Shown: positions 43,557-54,509 of the stretch, piece after piece
Layout: the number at the start of each line of letters is the position of its first letter
How positions within the stretch are numbered: position 1 is the stretch's first letter
NCBI GenBank assembly: GCA_963737065.1
Contig: CAVTRC010000002.1
Coordinates: 352,001-416,000 of the forward strand
Reading direction: 5' to 3'
Length of the DNA: 64,000 nucleotides
From: Candidatus Eremiobacteria bacterium
GTDB lineage: Bacteria > Vulcanimicrobiota > Vulcanimicrobiia > Vulcanimicrobiales > Vulcanimicrobiaceae
Notes under the pieces: generated by a model
What the model saw: only the letters and a program-made list of their open reading frames with translations
The model's database searches: none
Told to the model about the DNA's origin: nothing
Position numbers and translations under genes: made by a program

Positions 43557-45056
43557 ATGTCGGAACAACGTACCGATCTCGTTCTCGTCGGCGCCGGAAT
43601 CATGAGCGCGACGCTCGCCGCAATGCTCAAGGAAGTCGCGCCGGAGACCAGTCTCGAGATTCTCGAGACGCTTCCGCAGCCCGCCGAAGAGAGTTCCAAC
43701 GCCTGGAACAACGCCGGCACGGGCCATGCCGCGCTGTGCGAACTCAACTATACGCCGCAACGTCCGGATGGCACGGTGACGATTGACCGCGCGCTCAAGG
43801 TCAATACGCAGTTCGATCTTTCGCGGCAGTTCTGGGCGCAGATGGTACGCAACGGCGCGCTAGGCGCGCCGCAATCGTTCATTCACGACGTGCCGCACAT
43901 CAGCTTCGTCTGGGGCGACGACAGCGTCCGCTTTCTTCGCAAACGCTATGAAGCGATGAGCGCGCATCACTGTTTTGCCGGCATGGAATACACCGAAGAC
44001 CGCGCAGTGCTCGAGCAATGGATGCCGTTGATCATGGAAGGTCGAGATCCGCATCAACCCGTTGCGGGAACGCGGATGGTCACCGGAACCGACGTAGATT
44101 ACGGCGCGGTGACGCGCGGGTTGTTGCGTCATCTTTCGACGCAACCCGGTGTTGGCATCCACTATAGGCAACGCGTTACCGATTTAACACGTCGCTGGGA
44201 CGGGTGGCTAGTGACGATCGAGGACGATTCCAGCGGCACGACGCGTGAGATTATTGCGAAAAACGTGTTTCTCGGCGCGGGCGGTGGTGCGTTGCCGCTG
44301 CTGCAGAAATCGGGGATCGAAGAAGGCAAAGGATTCGGCGGATTTCCGGTCAGCGGAATTTTCTTGCGCTGCGACGATCCATCGGTCGTCGATCGCCATC
44401 TCGCGAAAGTGTACGGAAAAGCACCGGTCGGCGCGCCGCCGATGTCCGTACCTCATCTGGACACGCGCTACGTCGGCGGAACGCGTTCGCTGCTTTTCGG
44501 ACCGTACGCCGGATTCTCGACGAAGTTCCTCAAGCACGGTTCGCTCGTCGATCTCTTCACTTCGGTGAAGACCGACAACATCGGTTCTCTCCTTGCCGTA
44601 GGCCGCGATAACTTCGGCCTGACGAAGTATCTCGTCGGCCAAGTTCTCGACTCGAAAGACGCCAAGTATGCCGCGTTGCGCGAGTACTTTCCCAATGCGG
44701 ATCCCGACCAGTGGAAGTTCATCGTGGCCGGCCAGCGCGTGCAGGTCATCATGCCCGATAAGAAGACCGGTGGAAAGCTGCAGTTCGGTACCGAGGTGGT
44801 CTCGGCCGCGGACGGTTCGCTTGCGGCCGTTCTCGGCGCATCGCCCGGCGCTTCAGTCGCCGTAGCGGTCATCCTCGATGTCATGGCGCGCCTCTACAAG
44901 ACGCGGTTTCCCGGCTGGGCGGGCAAGCTTCGAGCGATTATCCCATCCTACCGTCAATCGATCGCGAACGACGCGGCGCTGTGCCGGCAAATCCGCGACG
45001 ATACGTCCGAGGTTCTGCATCTCACCAAGCAGCACGCGCCAGCGACGACGCCGTAA
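43557..45056 (+). CDS. mqo: Malate:quinone oxidoreductase
   Basis: GAGIMSATL, NAWNNAGTGHAALCELNYTP, PPMSVPHLDTR, LGASPGAS. Confidence 0.96.
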   Translation: MSEQRTDLVLVGAGIMSATLAAMLKEVAPETSLEILETLPQPAEESSNAWNNAGTGHAALCELNYTPQRPDGTVTIDRALKVNTQFDLSRQFWAQMVRNGALGAPQSFIHDVPHISFVWGDDSVRFLRKRYEAMSAHHCFAGMEYTEDRAVLEQWMPLIMEGRDPHQPVAGTRMVTGTDVDYGAVTRGLLRHLSTQPGVGIHYRQRVTDLTRRWDGWLVTIEDDSSGTTREIIAKNVFLGAGGGALPLLQKSGIEEGKGFGGFPVSGIFLRCDDPSVVDRHLAKVYGKAPVGAPPMSVPHLDTRYVGGTRSLLFGPYAGFSTKFLKHGSLVDLFTSVKTDNIGSLLAVGRDNFGLTKYLVGQVLDSKDAKYAALREYFPNADPDQWKFIVAGQRVQVIMPDKKTGGKLQFGTEVVSAADGSLAAVLGASPGASVAVAVILDVMARLYKTRFPGWAGKLRAIIPSYRQSIANDAALCRQIRDDTSEVLHLTKQHAPATTP

Positions 45057-45184
45057 GCCAAACATCGGTACGTGACATCGCGTACGGAAACGAAGAATTG
45101 TAGCGCATTTTCATTGCGCAGGTTTCTCTGGCGCAGCAATGAACTGGGCGCGATATAGCACCTTGGTTTTTCCCGGAGGACTTT

Positions 45185-46006
45185 TTGAGAAAGTTTTTGT
45201 CTTTTTGCGCGCTCGGTCTTATGACGAGCGCTATTTCTGCTTGCGGTGGCCCCTCGAAACTGCCAACGGTTGTTAGAGCGGCCGAAGAACGATCGTTAAT
45301 TTTGGCGCACGGCCAGATGCACGCCGCAGCGACTCCTTCATCGGTGTGCGGCGTGGCGAGCAAAATCATATCGTGCAATCCGACGATACAAAAGACGTCG
45401 ACTTTGGCGGGCGTTGGGACAGCCGCCCGAAGAGGCCAATTTACTTGGACCAACGGCGGAGGCGATGCAGCTGATTTCAGTACAGAAGCAGAAATCGCGG
45501 ATCTCGATCAAACGGCCGAAGAACAGCCAAACTCCTTCTGGATCGCGATGTGGTTTTCCGCGATCAATCGCTACGTTGCAACGCATGCGGTCGCGTATAA
45601 CGGAAATCCGGCAGATGGCCAAACATGCGCAGCTTCTAAGCCGGTTGGTGACTTTCTGGGGATGTACAACAACGGGAGTGGCCAACAAAGCATGTACGCC
45701 CAAGAAGTCAACGTGGTCTTTGGTGATCCGAAATTCACCGTAACCAATCCTTCGAGCTATGCAACCTCCGGCGTGGTCCTAGCATGGGTTTATAAGGATC
45801 AAAACGGTCACTATTGGATCCAACCCAATCCAGCCATTCAAAGTCAGATTACGGCGGGAGTATCGGCTTGGTATGCTTCCGTGGGAATCACGTTTCCCGC
45901 GAACGGTAATGTGACATATGTGGGCGCTGCGCCGCCGAAGTTGCCTAGTGCTGAGACCTACGCAACCTGTTGGCCTCAGGCTCCTGGCGGATTATTTCCG
46001 GGGTGA
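45185..46006 (+). CDS. Hypothetical lipoprotein with a C-terminal two-Cys domain
   Basis: Lipobox ISAC; lower GC than flanks; AWVYKDQNGHYW motif. Confidence 0.7.
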   Translation: MRKFLSFCALGLMTSAISACGGPSKLPTVVRAAEERSLILAHGQMHAAATPSSVCGVASKIISCNPTIQKTSTLAGVGTAARRGQFTWTNGGGDAADFSTEAEIADLDQTAEEQPNSFWIAMWFSAINRYVATHAVAYNGNPADGQTCAASKPVGDFLGMYNNGSGQQSMYAQEVNVVFGDPKFTVTNPSSYATSGVVLAWVYKDQNGHYWIQPNPAIQSQITAGVSAWYASVGITFPANGNVTYVGAAPPKLPSAETYATCWPQAPGGLFPG

Positions 46007-46422
46007 ATCGCCTTTTTGCAATGATACTGCTCCTTGCGCTGTGTTGTACCATGCGGACCGACGCAGCGGAAGCCTATCTTTGTCACGGCGCGATAAAGCG
46101 CGGCGACCTTCTCGGAATATATGGCATCGACCCAGGAGGTAATCTTATATCTGCAGGTGAGACGATCGAACGACATAAAGACGCCATCACGGGACTCAAT
46201 GTATCAAGTCTCGAAATAGTAGACACAAAGGGTCGCATGGCGGGATGGCTTTACATCGACGAGCACGGCACCCGCTTCGCACAGTTACTTTCGTCAGCAC
46301 CTAGCGATCTTTATGAGTGGTTCGGTATCGTCGCAAGCGGAATGCACAATTCGCCGCCGATTGTTGTTAGCCGTATTCGAGCTGTACCTCCGCATTACGG
46401 TGTACGAATGTGCGACCGCTAG
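46003..46422 (+). CDS. Secreted hypothetical two-Cys domain protein
   Basis: GTGA overlap, signal peptide, GWLYIDEHG motif. Confidence 0.65.
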   Translation: MNRLFAMILLLALCCTMRTDAAEAYLCHGAIKRGDLLGIYGIDPGGNLISAGETIERHKDAITGLNVSSLEIVDTKGRMAGWLYIDEHGTRFAQLLSSAPSDLYEWFGIVASGMHNSPPIVVSRIRAVPPHYGVRMCDR

Positions 46423-46459
46423 CCGTTGCGGATATACGATACGAACGTAGTGAGCCCGC

Positions 46460-46803
46460 GCTCTTTTAGCGCGGGGTGCTTTTGAACGCGTGGTGGATCG
46501 CTTCGTGCGATCGGACCGCAGCCTCCAGCGCGTTGTTGGGAAGGCCGTCCGCGGCGACGATGCGAGGGCTGAGGTGCCACCGGGTCGATAACGGCGCCAG
46601 AGGCGCTTGAGCTGGCGGATCGAGATCCACAGGGTTCGAGCCGCATCCGCCTGGCACAGCGTCCCCGCCGCCAATCCCTGAAGCACTTCAAGGCGGCGAA
46701 CTTCCTTGACAGTCAAGGTAATAAGCTCCATGTCGGAGCCCCTTGGCCTCGTAAGGGGACATCTCTGCTTTGCTCAAAAGGGGACATGTGAATTGCCGCT
46801 ACA
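46460..46803 (-). mobile_element. Truncated, frameshifted IS remnant (ISNCY/IS481-like) with its left end
   Basis: RRLEVL...AARTLWISIRQLKRLWRRY HTH, RGRPS in another frame; TGT end at 46803 and two ATGTCCCCT boxes. Confidence 0.75.
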
Positions 46804-46819
46804 GCAGCGCCCTAACCTG

Positions 46820-46849
46820 TTGACCGCTGCAGGGACGCTGCGGTAAGAT
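46820..46849 (+). promoter_or_regulatory. Putative promoter of the rpsK-led operon
   Basis: TTGACC-18-TAAGAT. Confidence 0.55.
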
Positions 46850-47031
46850 ACCGCCTTGGCGCCGCCCTCTCTCTTCAGCGGCGCACGCGGTTCGCGTCCT
46901 TACAGGCGCCGTCAGTCTTTCGCCAAGCTTGACGTACGGAGATCGGGCCTTTCGCGCGAGCGAAACTGCGCCGGTCGAGGCGACGACAGCTCCATCGTTT
47001 GGAGTTAGGAAAAACATCGTTCGGAGTAATT

Positions 47032-47427
47032 TTGGCTGCCAAAAAGCAAACCAAGTCGCGCAAGAAGCGTGAAGTTAAGAACGTCCAATCGGGCGTCGCT
47101 CACGTGCACGCGTCGTTCAACAATACGGTCGTAACGATCACCGATCCGCACGGCAACGTCATTTCGTGGGCCTCGGCCGGTAATCTCGGTTTCAAAGGCT
47201 CGAAGAAGTCGACGCCGTTCGCCGCCCAGATGGCTGCAGAGTCGGCCGCGCGCAAAGCGATGGATCACGGCATGAAGAGCACGGAAGTGCTCGTGAAGGG
47301 TCCCGGCGCCGGACGCGAAGCCGCAATCCGTTCGCTGCAAGCCGCCGGCCTAGAGATCACGATGATCAAAGACGTTACGCCCATTCCGCACAACGGTTGC
47401 CGCCCGCCGAAGCGGCGCCGCGTGTAA
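47032..47427 (+). CDS. rpsK: 30S ribosomal protein S11
   Basis: [34 protein letters not shown] start after GGAG. Confidence 0.99.
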   Translation: MAAKKQTKSRKKREVKNVQSGVAHVHASFNNTVVTITDPHGNVISWASAGNLGFKGSKKSTPFAAQMAAESAARKAMDHGMKSTEVLVKGPGAGREAAIRSLQAAGLEITMIKDVTPIPHNGCRPPKRRRV

Positions 47428-47443
47428 TTCGAAGAGAGAGTAG

Positions 47444-48100
47444 ATGTCGCGATATATTGGACCGGTCTGCCGCTTGTGCCGTCGCGAAACGGCCGCCAGC
47501 AAGACCGGTGAAAAAATCAAACTGTTCCTCAAGGGCGATCGCTGCCTGAGCAAAAAATGCGCGGTCGAACGCCGCGGTACCGCGCCCGGTCAGAAGACCG
47601 CCGGTAAAACGCGCCAGAAAGTTTCCGAATACGGCCGTCAGCTTCGCGAGAAGCAGAAGATGCGCCGCTACTACGGCGTGCACGAGACGCAATTCGCGAA
47701 CTATTTCCGCGAAGCAGCGCGCGTTCCGGGACAAACGGGTCGCACGTTCTTGCAGCTGCTGGAACGCCGTCTCGATAACCTCGTCTACCGCTTGAACCTC
47801 GCGACGAGCCGCGCGCAGGCGCGTCAACTCGTGACGCACCGCCACTTTCGTCTGAACGGCAAAATCGTCAACGTCCCGTCGCTGATTGTGAAGCCCGGCG
47901 ACGTGATCTCGATCGGCGAGCGCAGCCTGAAGGCGCCGGTATTCGAGGCAAATCTCGAAGTGGCGCGTTCGCGCCGACCGCCCGAGTGGCTCGAATGGAA
48001 CGACGCCGACAACACCGGTAAAGTTCTCCAACTGCCGTCGCGTGAACAGATCGACACGCCCGTAGACGAGCAGTTGATCGTCGAATTCTACTCTCGCTAG
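47444..48100 (+). CDS. rpsD: 30S ribosomal protein S4
   Basis: [32 protein letters not shown]. Confidence 0.99.
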   Translation: MSRYIGPVCRLCRRETAASKTGEKIKLFLKGDRCLSKKCAVERRGTAPGQKTAGKTRQKVSEYGRQLREKQKMRRYYGVHETQFANYFREAARVPGQTGRTFLQLLERRLDNLVYRLNLATSRAQARQLVTHRHFRLNGKIVNVPSLIVKPGDVISIGERSLKAPVFEANLEVARSRRPPEWLEWNDADNTGKVLQLPSREQIDTPVDEQLIVEFYSR

Positions 48101-48184
48101 TCTTTTTGCGCCTGGTGTCGTTGCCGAACGGCTCGTGGTCTTAAGACCACTTCACCGTTCGGCGCCTAACCAGACACAAAAATC
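48101..48184 (-). repeat. Structured repeat family 1, copy C (rpsD-rpoA spacer)
   Basis: Shares TCTTTT, CGTTGC, TCGTGGTC-N4-GACCACTTCACC, GCGCCTAAC and AAAATC with 14960-15044. Confidence 0.8.
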
Positions 48185-48305
48185 CTTAGCGGGGCAGCTG
48201 GCCAAACAAGTAAAACTCAATCTGCTGTTGGGAGTATGATCGCCGGGGTCGCGGGGCGAGTCCGACGGATAACTTGAGCAGCAACAAAGGACCGAAATCA
48301 CACAC

Positions 48306-49232
48306 ATGAACACGTTGGAAACGCCCACCGGCGCTGCGATCGAAGTTCGCGAGCGCCGTGATAACTATGCGAAATTCGTCGTCGAACCGCTCGAGCGCGG
48401 CTTCGGTATCACGCTCGGCAACGCGCTCCGTCGCATTCTGCTCAGCTCGATCCCGGGCGCGGCCGTGACGTACATGAAGATCGACGGCGTGCTGCACGAG
48501 TTCTCGACGATCCCCGGGATGGTCGAAGACACGATTGCGTTGATGCTAAATCTCAAAGGGCTGCCGGTGAAACTCAACAGCGATGAACCGCGCGTACTGA
48601 ACCTTTCGGTCAGTGGACCGAAGGACGTCACGGCGGCCGATATCGCACCGGATGCCGACGTCGAGATTCTCGATCCGAACTATCACCTCGCGACGCTTTC
48701 GTCGAGAGATGCGAAGCTCTCGATGGAGATCGGCGTCGAAAAAGGCCGCGGCTACGTCATGGCCGACAAGCAGCGCAACATCGAGCACATGATCGGACTG
48801 ATCCCGCTCGACTCGATCTTCTCGCCGATTCGCAAGGTAAACTTCACGGTTGACGACACGCGCGTCGGCCAAAGCGTCGACTTCGACCGTTTGACGATCG
48901 AAATCGAAACGAACGGCTCGATCACGCCGGATGACGCGCTTGCGACGGCGGCAACGATCATGCAAGAGCAGCTCGATCTCTTCGTCGGATTCACAAATCG
49001 CGAAGAGCCGCTGCCCGAAGCGCCGCCGAACGAGTGGGACATTCCGGTCGAGACGCTCAATCTCTCCGTCCGTTCGTTCAACTGCCTCAAGCGCGCAGGC
49101 ATTTCGAAGGTATCGGAACTCCTCGATCTCACCGAAGACGAGATCATGAAGATGCGCAACTTCGGACGCAAATCGCTCGATGAAATCAAACAAGTTCTCG
49201 CAGAGAGGGGGCTCTCGCTACGCCTGAGTTAA
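48306..49232 (+). CDS. rpoA: RNA polymerase alpha subunit
   Basis: EPLERGFGITLGNALRRILLSS, LSVRSFNCLKRAGI. Confidence 0.99.
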   Translation: MNTLETPTGAAIEVRERRDNYAKFVVEPLERGFGITLGNALRRILLSSIPGAAVTYMKIDGVLHEFSTIPGMVEDTIALMLNLKGLPVKLNSDEPRVLNLSVSGPKDVTAADIAPDADVEILDPNYHLATLSSRDAKLSMEIGVEKGRGYVMADKQRNIEHMIGLIPLDSIFSPIRKVNFTVDDTRVGQSVDFDRLTIEIETNGSITPDDALATAATIMQEQLDLFVGFTNREEPLPEAPPNEWDIPVETLNLSVRSFNCLKRAGISKVSELLDLTEDEIMKMRNFGRKSLDEIKQVLAERGLSLRLS

Positions 49233-49300
49233 CGCCGCGCGTTAACTTGTAGCGGCCGGTCCTCCGGGGACCATCCGCGGTGCCACTAGCGAAGTACATC

Positions 49301-49654
49301 ATGCCGCACCAAATCGCTTATAAACGTCTCTCGCGCACGGACGGCCACCGTAAGGCGTTGTTGCGCAATCTCGCGACGTCGTTCTTCAAGCATGAGAAGA
49401 TCGAAACGACTTCCACCAAAGCGAAAGAAATCAGCAAGGTCGTCGAACGTTTGATCACGAGTGCGATCTCGGGAGATCTTCACGCGCGCCGGCAGGTCGC
49501 CGAGTTCATTACCGAACCCGCTGTGGCGAAGAAGCTCGTCGAGCAGATCGCGCCGGCGCTCAAGGGCCGCAGCGGCGGATACACACGCATCACGAAAACG
49601 CGCGTCCGTCAGGGCGACGCGGCCGAACTTTCTCTCATCGAACTCGTTCGATAA
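49301..49654 (+). CDS. rplQ: 50S ribosomal protein L17
   Basis: HRKALLRNL, GGYTRI, RQGDAA. Confidence 0.97.
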   Translation: MPHQIAYKRLSRTDGHRKALLRNLATSFFKHEKIETTSTKAKEISKVVERLITSAISGDLHARRQVAEFITEPAVAKKLVEQIAPALKGRSGGYTRITKTRVRQGDAAELSLIELVR

Positions 49655-49752
49655 TTGGGCAATCGTAATAAGAACAAGTTGAAAAGCGTGCTGCGCGCTA
49701 AAGCGCTGCGCACCCCCATCGGCAACGCCGCCGGGGCCGTCACATTGAGCGC

Positions 49753-49790
49753 GAACGATCCGAAACGCTTTCGGGTCGTTCTGTGCTTTT
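49753..49790 (+). terminator. Terminator-like hairpin between rplQ and trpD
   Basis: GAACGATCCGAAA/TTTCGGGTCGTTC followed by TGTGCTTTT. Confidence 0.5.
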
Positions 49791-49798
49791 GGTAGCGC

Positions 49799-50812
49799 AT
49801 GCAATACGGCACGCTTCTGCGGCGGCTGATCGCCGGCGAGCACTTGACGCAAAGTGAGAGCGCGGAATTGATCGGTGCGATCGTGGACGGTTCGTTCAGC
49901 ACGATTCAAGGCGCGGGACTGCTCGTCGCGCTCGCCGCAAAGGGCGAGCAGATTGACGAAATCGTCGGCGCCGCGCGTGCGATGCGCGAGCGAAGCGTGC
50001 ACGTGGAGCACGGACTCAAAACGGTCGTGGATGTCGTCGGCACAGGTGGCGACGGTGCCAATACCATTAATATTTCCACCATGGCGGCGCTCACGGTCGC
50101 GGCGGCCGGCGTAGCGGTTGCGAAGCACGGCAACCGAGCCGCCTCCAGTGCATGCGGCAGTGCCGACGTGCTCGAGGCGACCGGTCTACCGCTGGATCTT
50201 GCACCCGATCGTGCCGCCCGCATGTTACACGGCAGCAACTTCACCTTTATGTTTGCGCCGCGCTATCATCCCGCGATGAAAAACGTCGCGCCGATTCGGA
50301 GCGAGCTCGGCGTTCGAACGGTTTTCAACGTCCTCGGTCCGCTCACGAATCCCGCTTCGGCCACCGTGCAGGTGGTCGGGGTGGCTCGTCCGCAACTGCT
50401 CGAAATCATGGGAAGCGTCTTGCGTGATCTCGGTGTCGAGCGCGGCGCAATCGTACACGCTGAAAACGGAATCGATGAAGTTGCCGGCGATGCGCGAACG
50501 CTCGTCTACTCGTTTGACGAGAGCGGCAGCCGCTCATGGACGATCGACCCGCACGACTTCAGCATCGATACCACGCTTCAAGCGATGATCGGCGGAAGCG
50601 TCGAGGCTTGTCGCGATGCGTTTCTCTCGATTCTCGCCGGCGAACGATCGCCGCGCGCAGACGTCGTCGCGCTCAATGCCGCGCTCGTTTTTTATACGCT
50701 TCATATCGACCCAACGTTGCATCAAGCGCTCGAACGCGCGCGCGAGGTGCTCGCATCGGGTGCACCTCTACGTACGTACGAACGTGCTAAGGAGCTTGCG
50801 GTACATGGCTGA
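49799..50812 (+). CDS. trpD: Anthranilate phosphoribosyltransferase
   Basis: GTGGDG..TINIST, AKHGNRAASS, RTVFNVLGPLTNP. Confidence 0.97.
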   Translation: MQYGTLLRRLIAGEHLTQSESAELIGAIVDGSFSTIQGAGLLVALAAKGEQIDEIVGAARAMRERSVHVEHGLKTVVDVVGTGGDGANTINISTMAALTVAAAGVAVAKHGNRAASSACGSADVLEATGLPLDLAPDRAARMLHGSNFTFMFAPRYHPAMKNVAPIRSELGVRTVFNVLGPLTNPASATVQVVGVARPQLLEIMGSVLRDLGVERGAIVHAENGIDEVAGDARTLVYSFDESGSRSWTIDPHDFSIDTTLQAMIGGSVEACRDAFLSILAGERSPRADVVALNAALVFYTLHIDPTLHQALERAREVLASGAPLRTYERAKELAVHG

Positions 50813-51605
50813 AAGCGACGTCCTCAAGAAGATCTACGCGGCGAAAGCACAGCATCTCGAAGAAGAGATGGCGCGCGAACCGTATGCGTTGATCCGCGAG
50901 CGCGCATTGGCGAGCATCGCGGGGAGGCGACGCTTTCTCGATGCGCTCAAGGCGGAGCGTGGAAGCGCGTTGATCGCCGAGATCAAGCGGGCATCGCCAT
51001 CGGCCGGGCTCATTGCGCGAGACTTCGATGCCGTGAAGATTGCCGAGCGCTACGACGCCGCCGGTGCGGACGCGATCAGCATCTTAACGGAGAGCGATCA
51101 CTTCTTGGGCGATATACGCTATCTGCCGGAAGTGCGCGTGAAGACCAAACTGCCGCTGCTTCGAAAAGATTTTATTACGCATCCGTATCAAGTCGCGCAG
51201 TCGGCCGCGTACGGTGCGGACTGCATTCTGCTCATTGTCGGCGGGTTGCGCGACGAGCAGATCGGCAGCTGTCTCGATGAGGCGCGCCGGTACGAGCTAG
51301 ACGTCCTCGTGGAGGTCCACGACGCCAAAAACCTCAACCGCGCGCTTGAATTCGACGTAAACTTCATCGGCGTGAACAATCGGAATCTCCGAACGATGAT
51401 TACGGACCTCGCGGTCGGCGAGCACGTTCTGCCGCACGTGCCGAAGACCGTCTTTGCGATCAGCGAGAGCGGCCTCACGTCGCAGCAAGATATCGAACGA
51501 CTGCGCAAAGCGGGTGCAAGGGGATTCCTCATCGGCGAAGCGCTGATGCGCGCGGACGATTTGGAGCAATTGATCGCTTCGTTCAAACGTGTCTACGCGA
51601 ATTAA
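50805..51605 (+). CDS. trpC: Indole-3-glycerol phosphate synthase
   Basis: IAEIKRASPS, LRKDF, GVNNRNL, SESG. Confidence 0.97.
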   Translation: MAESDVLKKIYAAKAQHLEEEMAREPYALIRERALASIAGRRRFLDALKAERGSALIAEIKRASPSAGLIARDFDAVKIAERYDAAGADAISILTESDHFLGDIRYLPEVRVKTKLPLLRKDFITHPYQVAQSAAYGADCILLIVGGLRDEQIGSCLDEARRYELDVLVEVHDAKNLNRALEFDVNFIGVNNRNLRTMITDLAVGEHVLPHVPKTVFAISESGLTSQQDIERLRKAGARGFLIGEALMRADDLEQLIASFKRVYAN

Positions 51606-52218
51606 ATTTTGTGGTGCAAGAAGCTGGAGCGACGTCGAGCTCGCGTTAGCGGCCGGCGCAGATGCCGTCGGCTTAATCTTTGCTGAATCACCGAGCCGCG
51701 TTTCGTGGATCGCCGCGCGCGAGATCGCCGCGCGCATTTCCTCGCAAATAACGCCGGTCGCGGTGTTCGTAAATCCAACGCCGGACGACGTCGCTCGCGT
51801 CCGCGATCTCTTCCCGCATGCGCTGGTCCAGCTTTCGGGCGACGAAACACCCGCGTTTGCGAAGTCAATCGGCGCGCACGTGATCAAGGCGGTACACGTC
51901 GGCGATGAATCGCCGCTGCGGATAGAGGAAATCTGCGACAGTTACGCGCCTTCACTCGTGCTTTTCGACACGCGCGTAGCCGGAAAGTACGGGGGCACGG
52001 GACAAACGTTCGATTGGACGGACATCGCGAAACTTGCGCGCCGGCGTCGAGTCATCGTTGCCGGCGGACTCACCCCGGACAACGTCGCGGCGTGCGTCCG
52101 CACCGTTCGTCCGTTCGGCGTCGACGTACGTAGCGGAATCGAAACGAATGGCTCCAAGGACGCGGTGAAGATGCGCGCTTTCGTACGCGCGGTGCGGGAA
52201 ACCGATGCAGCAGCCTGA
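51589..52218 (+). CDS. trpF: Phosphoribosylanthranilate isomerase
   Basis: [32 protein letters not shown]. Confidence 0.97.
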   Translation: MSTRIKFCGARSWSDVELALAAGADAVGLIFAESPSRVSWIAAREIAARISSQITPVAVFVNPTPDDVARVRDLFPHALVQLSGDETPAFAKSIGAHVIKAVHVGDESPLRIEEICDSYAPSLVLFDTRVAGKYGGTGQTFDWTDIAKLARRRRVIVAGGLTPDNVAACVRTVRPFGVDVRSGIETNGSKDAVKMRAFVRAVRETDAAA

Positions 52219-53392
52219 TTCACGGGGATACTTCGGGCGCTTCGGCGGACGGTTCGTTCCCGAAGTGCTGGTCGGCGCGCTCGAGGCGCTCGAACAAGAA
52301 ATGCGGTCCGCCTTTGCCGATGCAGCATTCTGGCGCGATTACGAGGTTGCGCTTCGCGACTTCGTCGGACGCCCGTCGCCGTTGTACGAGACGGAGCGTT
52401 TCGGAAAGCCGTCAGCGTCAACGCTGCTCGTGAAACGCGAAGACACGAACCACACCGGCGCGCACAAGATCAACAACACCGTTGGTCAAGCGCTGCTCGC
52501 GCGGCGCATGAGGAAGACGCGTTTAATCGCGGAGACGGGTGCGGGCCAGCACGGCGTAGCGACTGCGACGGTTGGTGCGAAGTTCGGTTTTCCGGTCGAC
52601 GTCTATATGGGCGAAGTGGACGTCGAACGCCAAGCGCTCAACGTCTACATCATGAAGCTGCTCGGGGCAAACGTGCACAGCGTGGGCAGCGGCACGCGCA
52701 CGCTCAAAGACGCGACGAACGAAGCGTTTCGCGTATGGGCCGCGCAAGTCGAAGAGACGTTTTATGTCATCGGCAGCGTCGTCGGCGCACATCCGTATCC
52801 GTATATGGTACGCGAACTTCAAAAAGTGATCGGCGTAGAAGCGCGCGCGCAATGCATCGAGCGTTACGGACGTCTGCCGAGCGATGTCGTTGCGTGCGTC
52901 GGCGGCGGCAGTAACGCCATCGGAATCTTTGCGGGATTCGTGGACAATACCGACGTGCGTCTCTGGGGCGTTGAAGCTGCGGGTGAAGGATTGGCGACCG
53001 GCAGAACCGCCGCCGCGTTAAACGCGGGAACGGTCGGTGTGTTGCACGGTTCGCGATCCTATCTGCTGCAGACGCCGGGCGGACAGGTCAGCGAAACGCA
53101 TTCGATCAGCGCCGGGCTCGATTATCCCGGCGTGGGCCCCGAACACGCGCATCTCAAGGAGTCGGGTAGAGCGTCGTATGCGAGCGTGACCGACGGCGAA
53201 GCGCTCGATGCGTTCTTCGCGTTTGCATGCAACGAAGGCATCATACCGGCGCTCGAAAGCGCGCACGCGCTCGCGTTTGCTCGCAAACTTATGGTCGAAG
53301 CCAAGCCGGACGATCTCATACTCGTGAACCTCTCCGGACGAGGTGACAAAGATATCGCGCAAGTGCGCGGCATGGCGGAGAGAACCTCGTGA
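52205..53392 (+). CDS. trpB: Tryptophan synthase beta subunit
   Basis: [31 protein letters not shown]. Confidence 0.99.
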   Translation: MQQPDSRGYFGRFGGRFVPEVLVGALEALEQEMRSAFADAAFWRDYEVALRDFVGRPSPLYETERFGKPSASTLLVKREDTNHTGAHKINNTVGQALLARRMRKTRLIAETGAGQHGVATATVGAKFGFPVDVYMGEVDVERQALNVYIMKLLGANVHSVGSGTRTLKDATNEAFRVWAAQVEETFYVIGSVVGAHPYPYMVRELQKVIGVEARAQCIERYGRLPSDVVACVGGGSNAIGIFAGFVDNTDVRLWGVEAAGEGLATGRTAAALNAGTVGVLHGSRSYLLQTPGGQVSETHSISAGLDYPGVGPEHAHLKESGRASYASVTDGEALDAFFAFACNEGIIPALESAHALAFARKLMVEAKPDDLILVNLSGRGDKDIAQVRGMAERTS

Positions 53393-54189
53393 TCGAAGCG
53401 TTGTTCGATCGCGCGAAAGCCGATCGGCGAGTGGTCTTTATTCCGTACGTGATGGCGGGCGATCCAAACCTCGATACGACCCTATCGATCCTTCGCGCGC
53501 TCACCGACGCCGGCGTCGATGCAGTCGAGCTCGGCGTTCCGTACGGCGACCCGCTCGCCGATGGCCCCACGATCGCAGAAGCAGCGCAGCGCGCGTTGCA
53601 CGCGGGCCTCGACATGTGCGCGGTGCTCGAACTCGTCAGAGAGCACACATCGTCGGGCGGCGCGCCGGCGATTCTGTTTACCTATTTCAATCCGGTCTAT
53701 CAATTCGGCATCGAGCGATTTGCGCATGAGGCGCGGAAAGCGGGCGCATGGGGCGCGATCGTTCCTGATATCCCGGTCGAAGAAGTGGCCGAACTCGCGC
53801 GCGCGATCGCGAACGAGGGGCTCGACATGCCGTTGCTGGTCGCTCCGTCTACGAGCCGGGAGCGCGCCGCCAGAATCGCCGCACAAAGCAGTGGATTTCT
53901 CTACGTGGTGTCGCGTTTGGGCGTAACGGGCGCGGGCAGGCATTCGTCCCGCGATGCGTTGCGCGCGCAGATCGCGATGCTGCGCGGAATTACCCAAAAG
54001 CCGCTTGCGGTTGGCTTCGGCGTCAGTTCAGCGGACGATGTTCGGGAACTCGCTACGGTCGTAGACGGCATCATCGTCGGCAGCGCGTTGATCGATGCAT
54101 ACGCATCGCATGCGCCGGACGAAGCCGCTGAGCACGTCGCTGCATTCGTTCGGCCGCTGGTCGCCGCCGCGAGCCTTGAAGCGGTTTAG
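53389..54189 (+). CDS. trpA: Tryptophan synthase alpha subunit
   Basis: [24 protein letters not shown]. Confidence 0.98.
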   Translation: MIEALFDRAKADRRVVFIPYVMAGDPNLDTTLSILRALTDAGVDAVELGVPYGDPLADGPTIAEAAQRALHAGLDMCAVLELVREHTSSGGAPAILFTYFNPVYQFGIERFAHEARKAGAWGAIVPDIPVEEVAELARAIANEGLDMPLLVAPSTSRERAARIAAQSSGFLYVVSRLGVTGAGRHSSRDALRAQIAMLRGITQKPLAVGFGVSSADDVRELATVVDGIIVGSALIDAYASHAPDEAAEHVAAFVRPLVAAASLEAV

Positions 54190-54509
54190 CGAACGAAGAG
54201 AAAGCTCAGCCCGAGGAGCACTGAAACGGCCATGACGGCCGCCGGTGCATGTTTGCGCCGGTAAACGAAATGCGCGACGATACCGAGCAGCGCAGCGGCG
54301 ACGAGCGACGTGATACGGAAACGGTCGTGCTGAAGATACGCGCACGCGATGACCGCCAGCATCGCGACGGAACCGACGAATCGTCCGGAACGCCAGACCG
54401 CTAGGCAGAGGATCGCTGCGATGACCATTCTCACCGGTTCAACCGGTACGCCGGCGGTTCCGATTGCCAGGACAAATGCCGCGATCGCAATCTCCAGTTG
54501 CGCAGTCAC
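54186..54509 (-). CDS. Small hypothetical membrane protein
   Basis: Hydrophobic; GTG overlaps the GNAT stop. Confidence 0.5.
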   Translation of the reverse strand: MTAQLEIAIAAFVLAIGTAGVPVEPVRMVIAAILCLAVWRSGRFVGSVAMLAVIACAYLQHDRFRITSLVAAALLGIVAHFVYRRKHAPAAVMAVSVLLGLSFLFVR

